64,000 nt of DNA from Candidatus Flemingiibacterium sp. (GCA_045636265.1 JAZTXD010000078.1:66967-130966), one strand, 5' to 3'; shown: positions 46,034-55,759, counted from the first letter of the stretch. Notes: generated by a model not told the origin, from the sequence alone. Made by a program: numbers and translations.

Positions 46034-46384
46034 TTAATGGAAAATTGTTTCGTTTATCACGATTTCTTCTGCATCGTGTTTGGCGTTGTTCATTTCTTGA
46101 ACCCACAGGAGAGGGTTTGTAGCTTTGAGTTCTTCTGTGATGCTGCGATCTTTCGCCAAGCGGGAGATGGTGAGTTCGATCTGTCGCTTTGCTTCCTGCT
46201 CGGTGTCGTAGAGGTGCTGATTGAGCGTGCACGAGGTAAGGAGCGTGGTGTAGGTGCCGCGGCGGTGCTTCTTGAGATAGTCGAGGCGCAGTTTGCCATA
46301 CTTTCCGATGGGGTAATTGGTCTGCTTGGGGAGAGTCAAGTCGGGATACATAATGCCGTTTCTTTCTGTGTAAGTTAATTCCAT
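46034..46384 (-). CDS. tnpV: TnpV-like protein
   Basis: MELTYTERNGIMYPDLTLP...GKYGKLRLDYLKKHRRGTYTTLL pattern of Tn4451-family TnpV. Confidence 0.75.
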   Translation of the reverse strand: MELTYTERNGIMYPDLTLPKQTNYPIGKYGKLRLDYLKKHRRGTYTTLLTSCTLNQHLYDTEQEAKRQIELTISRLAKDRSITEELKATNPLLWVQEMNNAKHDAEEIVINETIFH

Positions 46385-46635
46385 AATCAAATTCTCCAAT
46401 CAAATATTTTTTACAAGGTCATTTTACCATTTTTGTCGAACGTCGGCAAATGTGTGAAATGGCTTTTTCTTTTTTTACTCCGAAAACTTCGGAGCAAGTT
46501 GCGCTGAAGATGGGAATAAAAAATATTTTTTGAAGCTCAGGACAAATTTCGCGTTTTCGATACGGTGTATTAGTGAGAGAACTTCGGTGCAACTTGCACC
46601 GAAGTAAAAAAGCAAAATTTGAAGGAGAAAACAAA

Positions 46636-47559
46636 ATGAACGAAATGCTTGAACAATTGAAGATTGATCCCGAATTTGAAAAGGTCATCCCACCGCTGAC
46701 CAAAGACGAGTACCATCAGCTTGAAGAAAATATTCTTGACGATGGCAGGATCATGATGCCGATTGCCGTGTGGGGTGACATCATTGTGGACGGACACAAC
46801 CGCTATCGTATCGCCCGTGAGTATGGGGATATTCCGTTCTCAACAACACAGCTAACCTTTGCCAATCGTCACGAGGCGATTGCTTGGATATGTAAAAACC
46901 AGCTTGGCAGGCGCAATCTGAGCGATGAGCAGAAGGCATATTTGCTCGGTAAACGCTATTCCGCCGAGAAGCAGATCGAGATGCTACGCGATGAAAACGG
47001 CAGGTTTACTCCGTTGGGACAAAATGACCCAACGGGTGATAGCGTTCGTACAAGCGAGCGTATTGCAAAAGAAATTGGCAAGAGCGAGAAGTACGTAAGA
47101 CGGGCAGATGAATACGCGCGAGCGCTTGATCTTGCAGATAGCGTTTGTCCCGGTGTTAAGAAAGATATATTGTTTGGCGTAATCAATCCTACGACCAAAG
47201 AGGTGGTTGCATTGCTGAAAGCAAACGAGAATGAATTTCCCGATATGATTGATGAGCTTCGAGGAATTAAAAAGCAGGATGAAGAGAAGCTCGAAGAAAG
47301 AGAGCCGTTAAGACGACCTATTGAGGAGAGTATTGTCGATGTAAGTATGGTTGGACTCGCCAATATGTTCATCGACGGTATAAACAATTATCTTACAAGA
47401 TTTCCAAAGTTGCGACTTGATCCTGCGTATATTCCTCGCACGTTAGAAGTAATCGAAGCTGTTCACGATTATTTGGATGAGGTGAAAAAAGATCTTTTGG
47501 ATGCGCTCGCAGAAAGTAATGTTAATACGGACAAACCTCAATCGGAGCAAGAATTATAA
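46636..47559 (+). CDS. ParB-like N-terminal domain protein
   Basis: IIVDGHNRYRIAREYG motif. ATG 46636 follows GAAGGAG. Confidence 0.7.
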   Translation: MNEMLEQLKIDPEFEKVIPPLTKDEYHQLEENILDDGRIMMPIAVWGDIIVDGHNRYRIAREYGDIPFSTTQLTFANRHEAIAWICKNQLGRRNLSDEQKAYLLGKRYSAEKQIEMLRDENGRFTPLGQNDPTGDSVRTSERIAKEIGKSEKYVRRADEYARALDLADSVCPGVKKDILFGVINPTTKEVVALLKANENEFPDMIDELRGIKKQDEEKLEEREPLRRPIEESIVDVSMVGLANMFIDGINNYLTRFPKLRLDPAYIPRTLEVIEAVHDYLDEVKKDLLDALAESNVNTDKPQSEQEL

Positions 47560-47865
47560 CCTCGTGCCAAGATGGCACGAAGCGAAATAGAGAGTGGTAT
47601 GGGTCAAAATGACCCATACCAAAACGAAAATCCTCCATACATAGTGCTTATGCACACCGCCTAAGACCACGCCGTAAATCTTCAAGGAAGGAGGCTCAAC
47701 ATAGTCTGCGGTACGGTTGACGGCAAGAACGAGGGAGATTAGAGACGAGCCACCTTACGGTATAGGGCTCTGTCCTATACTGTAACAAGCATAGCAAACG
47801 TGGCTACGCCCGCTTGCCCGTCTTTGCTTCGGCGCAAAGACACTTTAGGGAGGTGTCCCTAATAC
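47560..47865 (+). promoter_or_regulatory. hairpin-rich non-coding region, oriT candidate
   Basis: Five inverted repeats: 47562-47580, 47595-47621 (11-bp stem), ~47761-47779, 47820-47841 and 47845-47862. They lie immediately upstream of mobC and the relaxase gene. Confidence 0.45.
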
Positions 47866-48161
47866 CCTCGGAATCTACAACACAGGAGGACAATATTATC
47901 GAAAACAAAAAGAAAGAAGAAGTGATCCGCTTCAAGACAACGACGGATCATAAAGCAAAAATCGAACGTGCTGCCGAAAAGCGAGGACTTACGGTATCCG
48001 AGTATCTTCGCCAATCGGTCAATGCAAAGATGAGTCGCGAACGTCCGATGGATTGGTATCCCACCATTGAACGTCTTGAAACCATCTGCGCGGGAGCAGA
48101 TGGAGAAACGAGAGCAGCACTAATTGATCTCATCCGTTCACTCTACAAAGGGGGGGCTTGA
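47814..48161 (+). CDS. mobC: MobC-like ribbon-helix-helix relaxosome accessory protein (start uncertain)
   Basis: IRFKTTTDHKAKIERAAEKRGLTVSEYLRQSV. The track start is TTG 47814. AGGAGG at 47885-47890 suggests a start nearer 47895-47922. Confidence 0.65.
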   Translation: MPVFASAQRHFREVSLIPSESTTQEDNIIENKKKEEVIRFKTTTDHKAKIERAAEKRGLTVSEYLRQSVNAKMSRERPMDWYPTIERLETICAGADGETRAALIDLIRSLYKGGA

Positions 48162-49549
48162 TGGCAGTAACGTCAATATGGGCGGTGCATCGGTCTATCA
48201 AGGATGCTTTGGATTACGCTGCCAATCCCGAAAAGACCGAGAACCCGAATGAAGAAGATCTCCGTCGTCTTATGGATTACGCCGAAAATCCCGACAAGAC
48301 GGAACAAAGGTATCTGATCAGCGGTGTGAACTGTCTGCCCGAGTTTGCCTATGAACGAATGATGGAGACCAAGCGAAGATACGGAAAGTACGGCGGTATC
48401 GTCGCCTACCACGGATACCAAAGCTTCAAGCCCGGTGAGGTCACACCTGAGCAATGCCACGCGCTCGGGGTGGAGCTTGCCAAACGGTTGTGGGGTGACA
48501 AATATGAGGTGCTTGTAGCCAGCCACCGAGATCATGAGCATCTGCACAACCACTTTATTCTCAATAGCGTTAGCTTCAAGGACGGAGAAAAATTCCATTG
48601 CCCGCCGTACTATCACGATACAGTAATGGCACCTGAGTCGGACAAGCTCTGTCTTGAACACAATCTCTCGGTTATTCAGAACCCACAGAGAAAACGCGCT
48701 CCATACGTCGCGTATATGGCTGAGAAGAAAGGTAAGCCATCTCACAGAACGCTATTGAAGATGGACATCGACGATGCTATCGCGGATTGTATGTTGCCAA
48801 GTCATTTGCAATTTGCATTAATCCGCCGCGGTTACACCTATTTGCGAGGGAAGGAGTACAAGCATCCGTGTGTGATCGCAAAAGGATGGAAGCGCCCTAT
48901 CCGTATTGACAATCTCGGGGAGCGTTACACACCCGAAGCTATCGAGAAAAGGATTCTTTCAAGGCGGGAATATCGCACGCCGTACTATCCGAGCCGCCCG
49001 CCGCTTTACGAGATTTGGAAACGGCGCAAGGGATACGATCAGCACAATACCGTGGAGCTTATTTTTATGATCGTGCTTGAACTATTCGGCATTGATACAA
49101 GCGGCAAAGTGATTCCGAACGACAACTACCAAGAGCCGCTTTCACCCGCCATGCGCCAAGAGCAGATCTATTTAGAGCGATATATGGAAACGGTCAATCT
49201 TATCAATCGCAATGATCTTGGTGCTACCGAAAAAGTACAGGAGTTCATCAACGACAAGGAGGCAGAGATGGCTATGATGCTTTCGGCACGTAACAAGATC
49301 GACAACCGCCGCCGCAGAGCCACTACCGATGCTGAAAAAGACGAATGTTCACTTAAGCGTAAAGCAATCTCAAAAGAATTGAAAATGCTTCGCCACGATA
49401 TCAACTTGGCTAAGGGGATATTCCCAATGATCGACAATCTAAAAGAAAAGCTCCGCATCGAAATGGAGCAAGAACAAGAAATGTTCCCGAGAGAAACGGG
49501 AGCGCAAATCAAATCTAAAATTAAAAGAAATGAGGGCAGAAACAGATGA
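48161..49549 (+). CDS. relaxase / mobilization nuclease
   Basis: His-cluster SHRDHEHLHNHFILN and N-terminal SIKDALDYAANPEKT. Confidence 0.85.
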   Translation: MAVTSIWAVHRSIKDALDYAANPEKTENPNEEDLRRLMDYAENPDKTEQRYLISGVNCLPEFAYERMMETKRRYGKYGGIVAYHGYQSFKPGEVTPEQCHALGVELAKRLWGDKYEVLVASHRDHEHLHNHFILNSVSFKDGEKFHCPPYYHDTVMAPESDKLCLEHNLSVIQNPQRKRAPYVAYMAEKKGKPSHRTLLKMDIDDAIADCMLPSHLQFALIRRGYTYLRGKEYKHPCVIAKGWKRPIRIDNLGERYTPEAIEKRILSRREYRTPYYPSRPPLYEIWKRRKGYDQHNTVELIFMIVLELFGIDTSGKVIPNDNYQEPLSPAMRQEQIYLERYMETVNLINRNDLGATEKVQEFINDKEAEMAMMLSARNKIDNRRRRATTDAEKDECSLKRKAISKELKMLRHDINLAKGIFPMIDNLKEKLRIEMEQEQEMFPRETGAQIKSKIKRNEGRNR

Positions 49550-50445
49550 TAACCAATTCAAACAAAAGAATCGAGACCACCGTTAATTACAATTTGGATA
49601 TGTTCACTCCGATGAACAACCACCCATTCCAAGTCCGCGATGACAGCGATATGCAGCAGTTGATGGAGAGCATCAAGGAGTACGGCGTAATTGTGCCGAT
49701 CCTTGTCCGCCCCAATCCAATTGAGGGCGGAGCAAAGTATGAGATCGTTTCGGGACACCGTCGATATGAAGCCTGCAAGCGTCTTGGCATTGAGGATATC
49801 CCCGTGATCGTTCGCAACTTGGATGATGACGAGGCAATTCTTGCAATGGTGGATTCTAATCTTCACAGAGAGCAATTGCTCCCCTCAGAAAAAGCATTCG
49901 CGTACAAAATGAAGTTTGATGCACTCAAACGGCAGGGAGCAAGGAGTGATTTAACTTCGGAGCAAGTTGCACCAAAGTTATCGACCGAGATTATCGCAGA
50001 ACAAGAGAACACGAGCAAGGACACGATCAAACGGTATATCCGTTTGACAAAGCTGATCAAGCCCCTGCTTGATTTAGTGGACGAGGGTAAAATCGCACTG
50101 ACACCTGCTGAAAAATTATCTTTTCTCAAGGAGGAAGAACAACGCGCTCTTGCTGAGTTGATTCAAGACTATGAAGCCACCCCGTCGCTTTCTCAGGCGG
50201 TAAAGCTGAAAGAAATGAGCGCGATGCAGCTGCTTGACGCGGATATGATGTTCGAGATTATGAGCAGCCCGAAGCCAAATCAAAAAGAAATGCTAAAGCT
50301 TGATTTGGAAGCACTTCGAGATTTCTTTCCCGATTATACTCCGAAAGATATTGAAAGTGCAATTCTGCGAATCTTAAGCGAGTGGAAAAAGAAAGAACTA
50401 AACAAAGTTCAGAGCCGCAACAGTTGGGATAGAGACGGGAGGTAA
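49546..50445 (+). CDS. ParB/RepB/Spo0J family protein
   Basis: EIVSGHRRYEACKRLG and LLPSEKAFAYK. Confidence 0.85.
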   Translation: MITNSNKRIETTVNYNLDMFTPMNNHPFQVRDDSDMQQLMESIKEYGVIVPILVRPNPIEGGAKYEIVSGHRRYEACKRLGIEDIPVIVRNLDDDEAILAMVDSNLHREQLLPSEKAFAYKMKFDALKRQGARSDLTSEQVAPKLSTEIIAEQENTSKDTIKRYIRLTKLIKPLLDLVDEGKIALTPAEKLSFLKEEEQRALAELIQDYEATPSLSQAVKLKEMSAMQLLDADMMFEIMSSPKPNQKEMLKLDLEALRDFFPDYTPKDIESAILRILSEWKKKELNKVQSRNSWDRDGR

Positions 50446-50459
50446 AATATTTGGAATTG

Positions 50460-50678
50460 ATGAAGCGAACAATATATTTTCTGTTATGGCTGATTCAAGA
50501 TAAAAGTGCCGAATATAAACCTCGTTCTTATATTCCAAAGCACGAGATCGAAGCAATCGTTCGTACCTTCTTTCCGGCGGTAGCAGCATTCTTTGAAACA
50601 GAAGAAGGCAATCGCGAGTTTGAGGAATGGAAGGCAAAGAAAGAAGCTGAGAAGAACGCCAAGGAGAAATCCGCCTAA
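50460..50678 (+). CDS. tnpW: TnpW-like small protein, copy 1
   Basis: WLIQDKSAEYKPRSYIPKHEIEAIVRTFFPAVAAFF.... Only 2 aa differ from copy 2 over the shared region. Confidence 0.65.
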   Translation: MKRTIYFLLWLIQDKSAEYKPRSYIPKHEIEAIVRTFFPAVAAFFETEEGNREFEEWKAKKEAEKNAKEKSA

Positions 50679-50914
50679 ACAGAAAACCTGTGCCGCGTAT
50701 CGCGACACAGGCATACATAAAAGCTTCATCATAAACTTAATGAAACCGTACCCGATAGGTAATTGCTTGTCGGGTACGGTTTTCCTTTTTATCTACAGCT
50801 ATGTTGTGTGCAAAAAACAAAGAATCCGAACGCATCCCCAATTAGGAATAAGTTCGGATTATCTTTGTTTGGTCTGAGTGAAGTGACTTGAACTTGCGGC
50901 CTCTACCACCCCAA
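50485..50914. repeat. ~430-nt direct repeat, copy 1 (tnpW 3' part + two terminator hairpins + third hairpin + tRNA-Pro 3' fragment)
   Basis: Hand alignment to 54977-55408 gives ~17 mismatches in the first ~165 nt and ~6 in the last ~265 nt. Confidence 0.9.
50869..50914 (-). other. degenerate copy of the tRNA-Pro 3' segment (att-like site A)
   Basis: TGGTCTGAGTGAagtGACTTGAACTTGCGGCCTCTACCACCCCAA versus 59081-59125, 3 mismatches. Confidence 0.8.
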
Positions 50915-50919
50915 TGGGC

Positions 50920-51101
50920 CTATGCACCAGGATTTTGAGGCTTTATCGTGCCATATCTCGGAATATCGTGCCGTATTTACGCTTTTTACGCCCTTTTTGG
51001 CGATTTTCGTGTTACCCCTTCTATGTACATTTGGTGCATAATCATACCTACTATGCACCAACACTATGCACCAACACTATACACTGAATCACTATGCAAT
51101 C
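50920..51101. repeat. cluster of short direct repeats (CTATGCAC-type x5; TATCGTGCC x2 spaced 20 nt)
   Basis: ACTATGCACCAAC at 51050 and 51063. Variants at 50920, 51076 and 51091. TATCGTGCC at 50944 and 50964. Confidence 0.7.
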
Positions 51102-51262
51102 GGCAAAATCGGGGGCTTCGGTACTTTTATTGTAACTTTGTTTGGTTCATTTGTCAAGTGCATTTGGGAAAATTCCTTATTGTTTATATTTATGTCCATA
51201 CGCCAACCACTTACTAAAACATTGATTTTGCAAAGAATTAACAAATGCTTGCAGTATTCTTC

Positions 51263-51291
51263 TTGACAAAGCGAGTATAATAAGCTATAAT
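51263..51291 (+). promoter_or_regulatory. perfect consensus promoter TTGACA-17-TATAAT
   Basis: Read directly from the sequence, upstream of 51342. Confidence 0.6.
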
Positions 51292-51341
51292 ATTGTTACA
51301 ATATTATTGCACTGCAACAAATCACTAAACGAGGTGTCAGC

Positions 51342-52631
51342 ATGAAAGTAATCGAAAGAAAAAAGTATCTTGATGAGCTTATCGCAAAAAAGGAAAATGG
51401 CTCAATCAAAATTATTACCGGTATCAGAAGATGCGGAAAAAGTTTTTTGCTTTTTGAAATATATTATGACTACCTATATTCACTTGGAATCGACAAGGAT
51501 CACATAATCACTCTTGCTCTTGATGATGACGCAAATCGTGAATACCGTGATCCGGATAAGCTATCAGAGTATTTACGCTCAAAAGTAACAGATAAAGAAA
51601 AAACATACTACATTTTACTCGATGAAGTGCAGTTTGCCATATCGGATGAAGAACTGAAAAGCGGTGAGCAAATCAGACTATACGGTGTTCTCAATGGACT
51701 TTTACGATTAAGAAACGTTGATATTTATGTCACCGGAAGTAACTCTAAGTTTTTATCCTCCGATGTTATGACAGAATTCCGGGGCAGAGGCGATGAAGTA
51801 CGTGTTCTTCCTCTTTCTTTTGCTGAATTTTTTTCTGCATACGATGGGGACAAATACGAGGCGTTCAATGAGTATTCCACTTACGGTGGTTTGCCATTGG
51901 TGCTGGCACGCAAAGGTGATAAAGAAAAATCGAAGTACTTGACGGATCTGCTTAACAATCTGTATATAAAAGATGTAATAGAGCGAAACAAGCTTCAGGG
52001 AAACGTTATTATGGAGTCACTTGTTGATATCTTGGCTTCTTCCGTCGGATCACTGACCAATCCGCCCAAGCTCGCAAATACATTTTCTTCAAATCAGTTA
52101 AAAACAAATGCCAATACCATATCCACTTATATAGAACATTTAAGAAACGCATTTATATTAGAACGTGCGGAAAGATACGATGTTAAGGGTAAAAAGTATA
52201 TCAGTAGCCCGTACAAATATTATTTTACCGACATCGGAATCCGTAATGCTAAGTTGAATTTTCGCCAACAGGAACAAACTCACATTATGGAAAACATTAT
52301 CTACAACGAGCTTATAATGCGCGGGTACAATGTGGACGTCGGAGTTGTGGATTACTTCGGTACTGATAAAACCGGAAAGCGTGTTTTAATTCATTCGGAA
52401 GTAGATTTTGTTTGCAATGTAGGTAGTCAAAGATACTATATTCAGTCTGCTTTTTCAATTCCAGACGAAGAAAAAATGAAGCAAGAGCAGGCTTCTCTCG
52501 ATCATATAGGAGATTCGTTCAAGAAAATTATTATTGTACAGGACCATGTTAAGGCTTGGAGAAATGAAAAAGGCTATTTAATTATGAATATATTGGATTT
52601 CTTACTTGATGAAAACAGCCTTGATAATTGA
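51342..52631 (+). CDS. AAA-superfamily ATPase with DUF4143-type C-terminal domain
   Basis: Walker A GIRRCGKSF, Walker B ILLDEVQ, ~430 aa COG1373-like architecture. Confidence 0.75.
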   Translation: MKVIERKKYLDELIAKKENGSIKIITGIRRCGKSFLLFEIYYDYLYSLGIDKDHIITLALDDDANREYRDPDKLSEYLRSKVTDKEKTYYILLDEVQFAISDEELKSGEQIRLYGVLNGLLRLRNVDIYVTGSNSKFLSSDVMTEFRGRGDEVRVLPLSFAEFFSAYDGDKYEAFNEYSTYGGLPLVLARKGDKEKSKYLTDLLNNLYIKDVIERNKLQGNVIMESLVDILASSVGSLTNPPKLANTFSSNQLKTNANTISTYIEHLRNAFILERAERYDVKGKKYISSPYKYYFTDIGIRNAKLNFRQQEQTHIMENIIYNELIMRGYNVDVGVVDYFGTDKTGKRVLIHSEVDFVCNVGSQRYYIQSAFSIPDEEKMKQEQASLDHIGDSFKKIIIVQDHVKAWRNEKGYLIMNILDFLLDENSLDN

Positions 52632-52867
52632 TATTTTTTACGAAAGACTAATGGTACAGCCTTTATATAGAAATAGAATGACAGAAAATGAGCATAGACT
52701 AAGACTTCAATTCCTCCGCAAAGTAATATCATTATACGACAGTTTGTCAAATTACGATTATTGTATTACAAAAGTTATCGCCGAGAATAGCGTAAAGACT
52801 AATCTCGGCGGCATTCTTTTAGTCGATTATTACTCACTACATAATTCCAGCAATAAACGCGACAACA

Positions 52868-53010
52868 ATCACAAAATTCCGGCTCAATTTGCCTCAAAAA
52901 TCACAAAATTCCGAAATAACATAATTATTTCGCAAAATTTCGCAAAAAACACTGTAGATTTCGTTATCGTTTCGCTAAATTTTGTTATCATTTCGCTAAA
53001 TTTCGCTATT
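52868..53010. repeat. iteron-like direct repeats
   Basis: ATCACAAAATTCCG x2 (52868, 52900), TTTCGCAAAA x2 (52928, 52938), 21-nt GTTATC(G/A)TTTCGCTAAATTT x2 in tandem (52963, 52984). Confidence 0.75.
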
Positions 53011-53020
53011 ATGCGAAATC

Positions 53021-54364
53021 TCACTCCCGAATCCGCCTCTCATACTCCTCAATTCGCACCTTCCCGGCAATCGCCTTATCTCTATACATCTTTGCCCAAT
53101 CCGACCAGGTCCGAAATTCGGACTTGGTCATTTTCTTTTTGAGAACCCTTGCATAGTGATTCTTGTACGCCCGATTGTACGCAAGCCAAACAGGATCGCT
53201 CTTGCACTTCTCCTCATACTTCTTGTGCGCACCAATATCGCGGCAGGTTTTGCCGCTTGTTCCCTTCACTGCACGCTCGCAGAAGTCGTAGTACCGCCCC
53301 GATGTCAGCAGGAAATACTTGCCGCAATGCACACACCGCTTGGGAATAAATCCGCTACGCAGTCCGCGAAAGAAATCGAAGTATAGAAACGCCGACAGGC
53401 TGTTGAACGTATATACATCGCACCAGAGGGATTTGTTTCCTTGCTTGATTGGCTTACATTCAAGCGACATCACGCCAGAGGGCTTGATGATTTGCCGTTC
53501 CTCCACCTTTACATATTTCTCGTAAACCTCTGCAATCTCTGCATCCGTCAAAAACTTGACACGTGAGTGAATGTATTCATCGAGAAATCGCCCGTAGGTA
53601 TCCGCCAAATGTGTCAGCGTGTCGAGCAGATCGATGTACGGCTCAATCAGCGCACGCAGATCGTTGTTGAGAAGCTCCGCGCCGAGATAATCCTCCAGCT
53701 CCTGATCGTCGTTGTACCAGTAAGGCTGAAAGTGACGCATATCGTCCTTTGACGTCAAAACCGATTCGAGCACGTGGCTGTCGTAGAAGCCGTAGTCACG
53801 CTCCTTATACCTTACATCCTCATGAAAAGAGTACTGCTCGGTGGGATCTTCAAAGCCTTCCTCGTAATCTTCTTCATCCTCCTCGAGGGGATCGAACATT
53901 TTCTTTATGGTATCTTCGGGTACACCACGCTCGCGCATTTTTTCTTTCTCATCATCCTGCTCCGCACGTGTTGCTCGGTCGTCGTAGTGCTTATCAAACA
54001 TCGACGAGTGCAGACTGAGGCAGTGAATCAGATCCTCGTGATCAAACGTGTCTGGATTCGTTATATACCGGTACAGCGGGAGCTTACACAAAAGCTCCTT
54101 CACGTCGTTCAGAACCTTTTGCGCTCTGTATACGTTCTTGTCGTAATTCTCCCAAGCGCTGTAATTTACATCAAATTTGAACAGCATAGTCTGCAGTAAG
54201 GATTTTAACTCATCACGCATAAGTGCGAGATCATGCTCGGGATGATAATCGAACAGCTTGCAGAGCACCTCGCAAGTTTGATAATGATGCTTTTTATCTA
54301 TGATACAAGTATTCCCCGAATAATACGCGGTAATCTTAAACGGATTCTGCGGCAGCTTCGCCAT
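53021..54364 (-). CDS. hypothetical protein with C-terminal Cys cluster
   Basis: 447-aa ORF. CVHCGKYF...DFCER...GKTC motif near the C-terminus. No confident family assignment. Confidence 0.55.
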   Translation of the reverse strand: MAKLPQNPFKITAYYSGNTCIIDKKHHYQTCEVLCKLFDYHPEHDLALMRDELKSLLQTMLFKFDVNYSAWENYDKNVYRAQKVLNDVKELLCKLPLYRYITNPDTFDHEDLIHCLSLHSSMFDKHYDDRATRAEQDDEKEKMRERGVPEDTIKKMFDPLEEDEEDYEEGFEDPTEQYSFHEDVRYKERDYGFYDSHVLESVLTSKDDMRHFQPYWYNDDQELEDYLGAELLNNDLRALIEPYIDLLDTLTHLADTYGRFLDEYIHSRVKFLTDAEIAEVYEKYVKVEERQIIKPSGVMSLECKPIKQGNKSLWCDVYTFNSLSAFLYFDFFRGLRSGFIPKRCVHCGKYFLLTSGRYYDFCERAVKGTSGKTCRDIGAHKKYEEKCKSDPVWLAYNRAYKNHYARVLKKKMTKSEFRTWSDWAKMYRDKAIAGKVRIEEYERRIRE

Positions 54365-54713
54365 GAAAAATCACTCCCTCACGCAAAAATAGTCGAAAAA
54401 TTTACAAACTTTTTTATTTCTGTTTAGCAATCTCGTTGTCATCAAAAAATATTTTTCGCCAAAAAATCTTTTCAAAATGTCAGATAAATGAGTTTAATTG
54501 TGTCAAAAAGCATTGCTGTATAAGGCAAAATCAAATATATGAATATTTTGTAAATCTGTGTCGGTTAGATAACAAAATAGATAACCGTAGAGATAGTATA
54601 CATTATCTATTGTGTTTTGTCAAGATGTGTGGTAAAATTTTGTTGTCGACAAAACAAGGCTCCGACGATCTGCGCAGAGTATGTTCGGAGTACAAAAAAC
54701 ACGGAGGTAAATA

Positions 54714-54976
54714 TTGAACGGAGAATTTAATTTCGATGAAGAATTACGACGGCAGCAGCTTGAGTTCCTTGGACTCGCAGGCCTTGATACACGGGATGCG
54801 GACACGCTGGTGAGCACGCCGATGAAGTCAACGCCCTTCGTTGTGTCCGAGCTGATACCGCAGGGGCTTCACATCATCGGCGGCGCATCGAAGATCGGTA
54901 AATCGTGGCTGATGCTTTGGCTCGGGTTACGGGTTGCACGCGGTGAGCCGATATGGAATTATGAAACAAGTCAAGG
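54714..54976 (+). pseudogene. 5' fragment of an AAA (RepA/AAA_25-like) ATPase gene truncated at the repeat junction
   Basis: ...LIPQGLHIIGGASKIGKSWLMLWLGLRVARGEPIW... includes the Walker A, then the sequence switches to the tnpW repeat at ~54977. Confidence 0.6.
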
Positions 54977-55170
54977 TATGGTTGATTCAAGATAAAAGTG
55001 CTGAATATAAACCTCGCTCTTATGTCCCAAAATATGAGATCGAAGCAATCGTTCGTACTTTCTTCCCAGCGGTAGCTGCATTCTTTGAAACCGAAGAAGG
55101 TAATCGTGAGTTTGAGGAATGGAAGGCTAAGAAAGAAGCAGAGAAGAACGCCAAGGAGAAATCCGCCTAA
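54961..55170 (+). CDS. tnpW: TnpW-like small protein, copy 2 (chimeric 5' end)
   Basis: MKQVKVWLIQDKSAEYKPRSYVPKYEIEAIV.... The first ~5 codons come from the truncated AAA gene read in another frame. Confidence 0.5.
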   Translation: MKQVKVWLIQDKSAEYKPRSYVPKYEIEAIVRTFFPAVAAFFETEEGNREFEEWKAKKEAEKNAKEKSA

Positions 55171-55408
55171 ACAGAAAACCTGTGCCGCGTATCGCGACAC
55201 AGGCATACATAAAAGCTTCATCATAAACTTAATGAAACCGTACCCGATAGGTGGTTGCTTGTCGGGTACGTTTTTCCTTTTTATCTACAGCTATGTTGTG
55301 TGCAAAAAACAAAGAATCCGAACGCATCCCCAATTAGGAATAAGTTCGGATTATCTTTGTTTGGTCTGAGTGACAAGACTTGAACTTGCGGCCTCTACCA
55401 CCCCAAGG
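54977..55408. repeat. ~430-nt direct repeat, copy 2
   Basis: See 50485-50914. Confidence 0.9.
55362..55408 (-). other. exact 47-nt copy of the tRNA-Pro 3' segment (att-like site B)
   Basis: Identical to 59081-59127. Confidence 0.9.
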
Positions 55409-55759
55409 CAAATTTTGCGTTTGCTGTTCCCTGCTCTTTTCACATATCAGAGCGCGAGTCCCGCGCGGTTGGTATTCCAAGCAAAAAGCAATGTTCGCAC
55501 TATCTATTGTCGCGTGCATTGTTCATTATCCGAAAGTATACACAGCCGTCCGCGTCCTATTCAGCCATAGCCATATAAACGCATACAGCAAAACCAAATC
55601 TCGCCATAGCGAATAGTACACAAAGAAATACAGCAATGCCCCTGTAACGCTCGTACACGCGATACAAGGGCTTTTTTGCTGTTTATATACATCCATGCAC
55701 CCCACAGTGTTAGAATGTATTTTTGGATTGGCTGTAGGGTTTTGCATAGGGTGTATCAG

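Larger units (their letters stand above)
30270..50914. mobile_element. ~20.6 kb integrative mobilizable element with Tn4451-like modules and defence cargo (module A; ends approximate)
   Basis: Large serine recombinase at the left end. TnpV, ParB-like, MobC, relaxase, ParB and TnpW at the right end. Ends at a degenerate tRNA-Pro 3' fragment. Confidence 0.6.
50915..55408. mobile_element. module B: ~4.5 kb integrase-less remnant between two tRNA-Pro 3' fragments
   Basis: Bounded by att-like sites A and B. Contains an ATPase gene, an orphan gene, a truncated AAA gene and a second tnpW. Confidence 0.5.

Noticed and set aside
52868-53010. Possible CRISPR array; the same question applies to 50920-51101.
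   Set aside because: The repeats are 9-21 nt, irregularly spaced or directly tandem, with no spacer-sized unique intervals and no cas genes. They are not CRISPR.
52606-53142. 178-aa plus-strand ORF spanning the 52640-53020 intergenic region.
   Set aside because: It runs through the direct-repeat cluster and then antisense into the 53021-54364 gene. Its repetitive translation (ISLNFVIISLNFAI) comes from the DNA repeats, not from a protein.
55526-55747. 73-aa minus-strand ORF in the att-proximal non-coding arm of module C.
   Set aside because: It has no RBS and an odd composition, and it lies in a region more likely to hold integrase arm sites. Not annotated.
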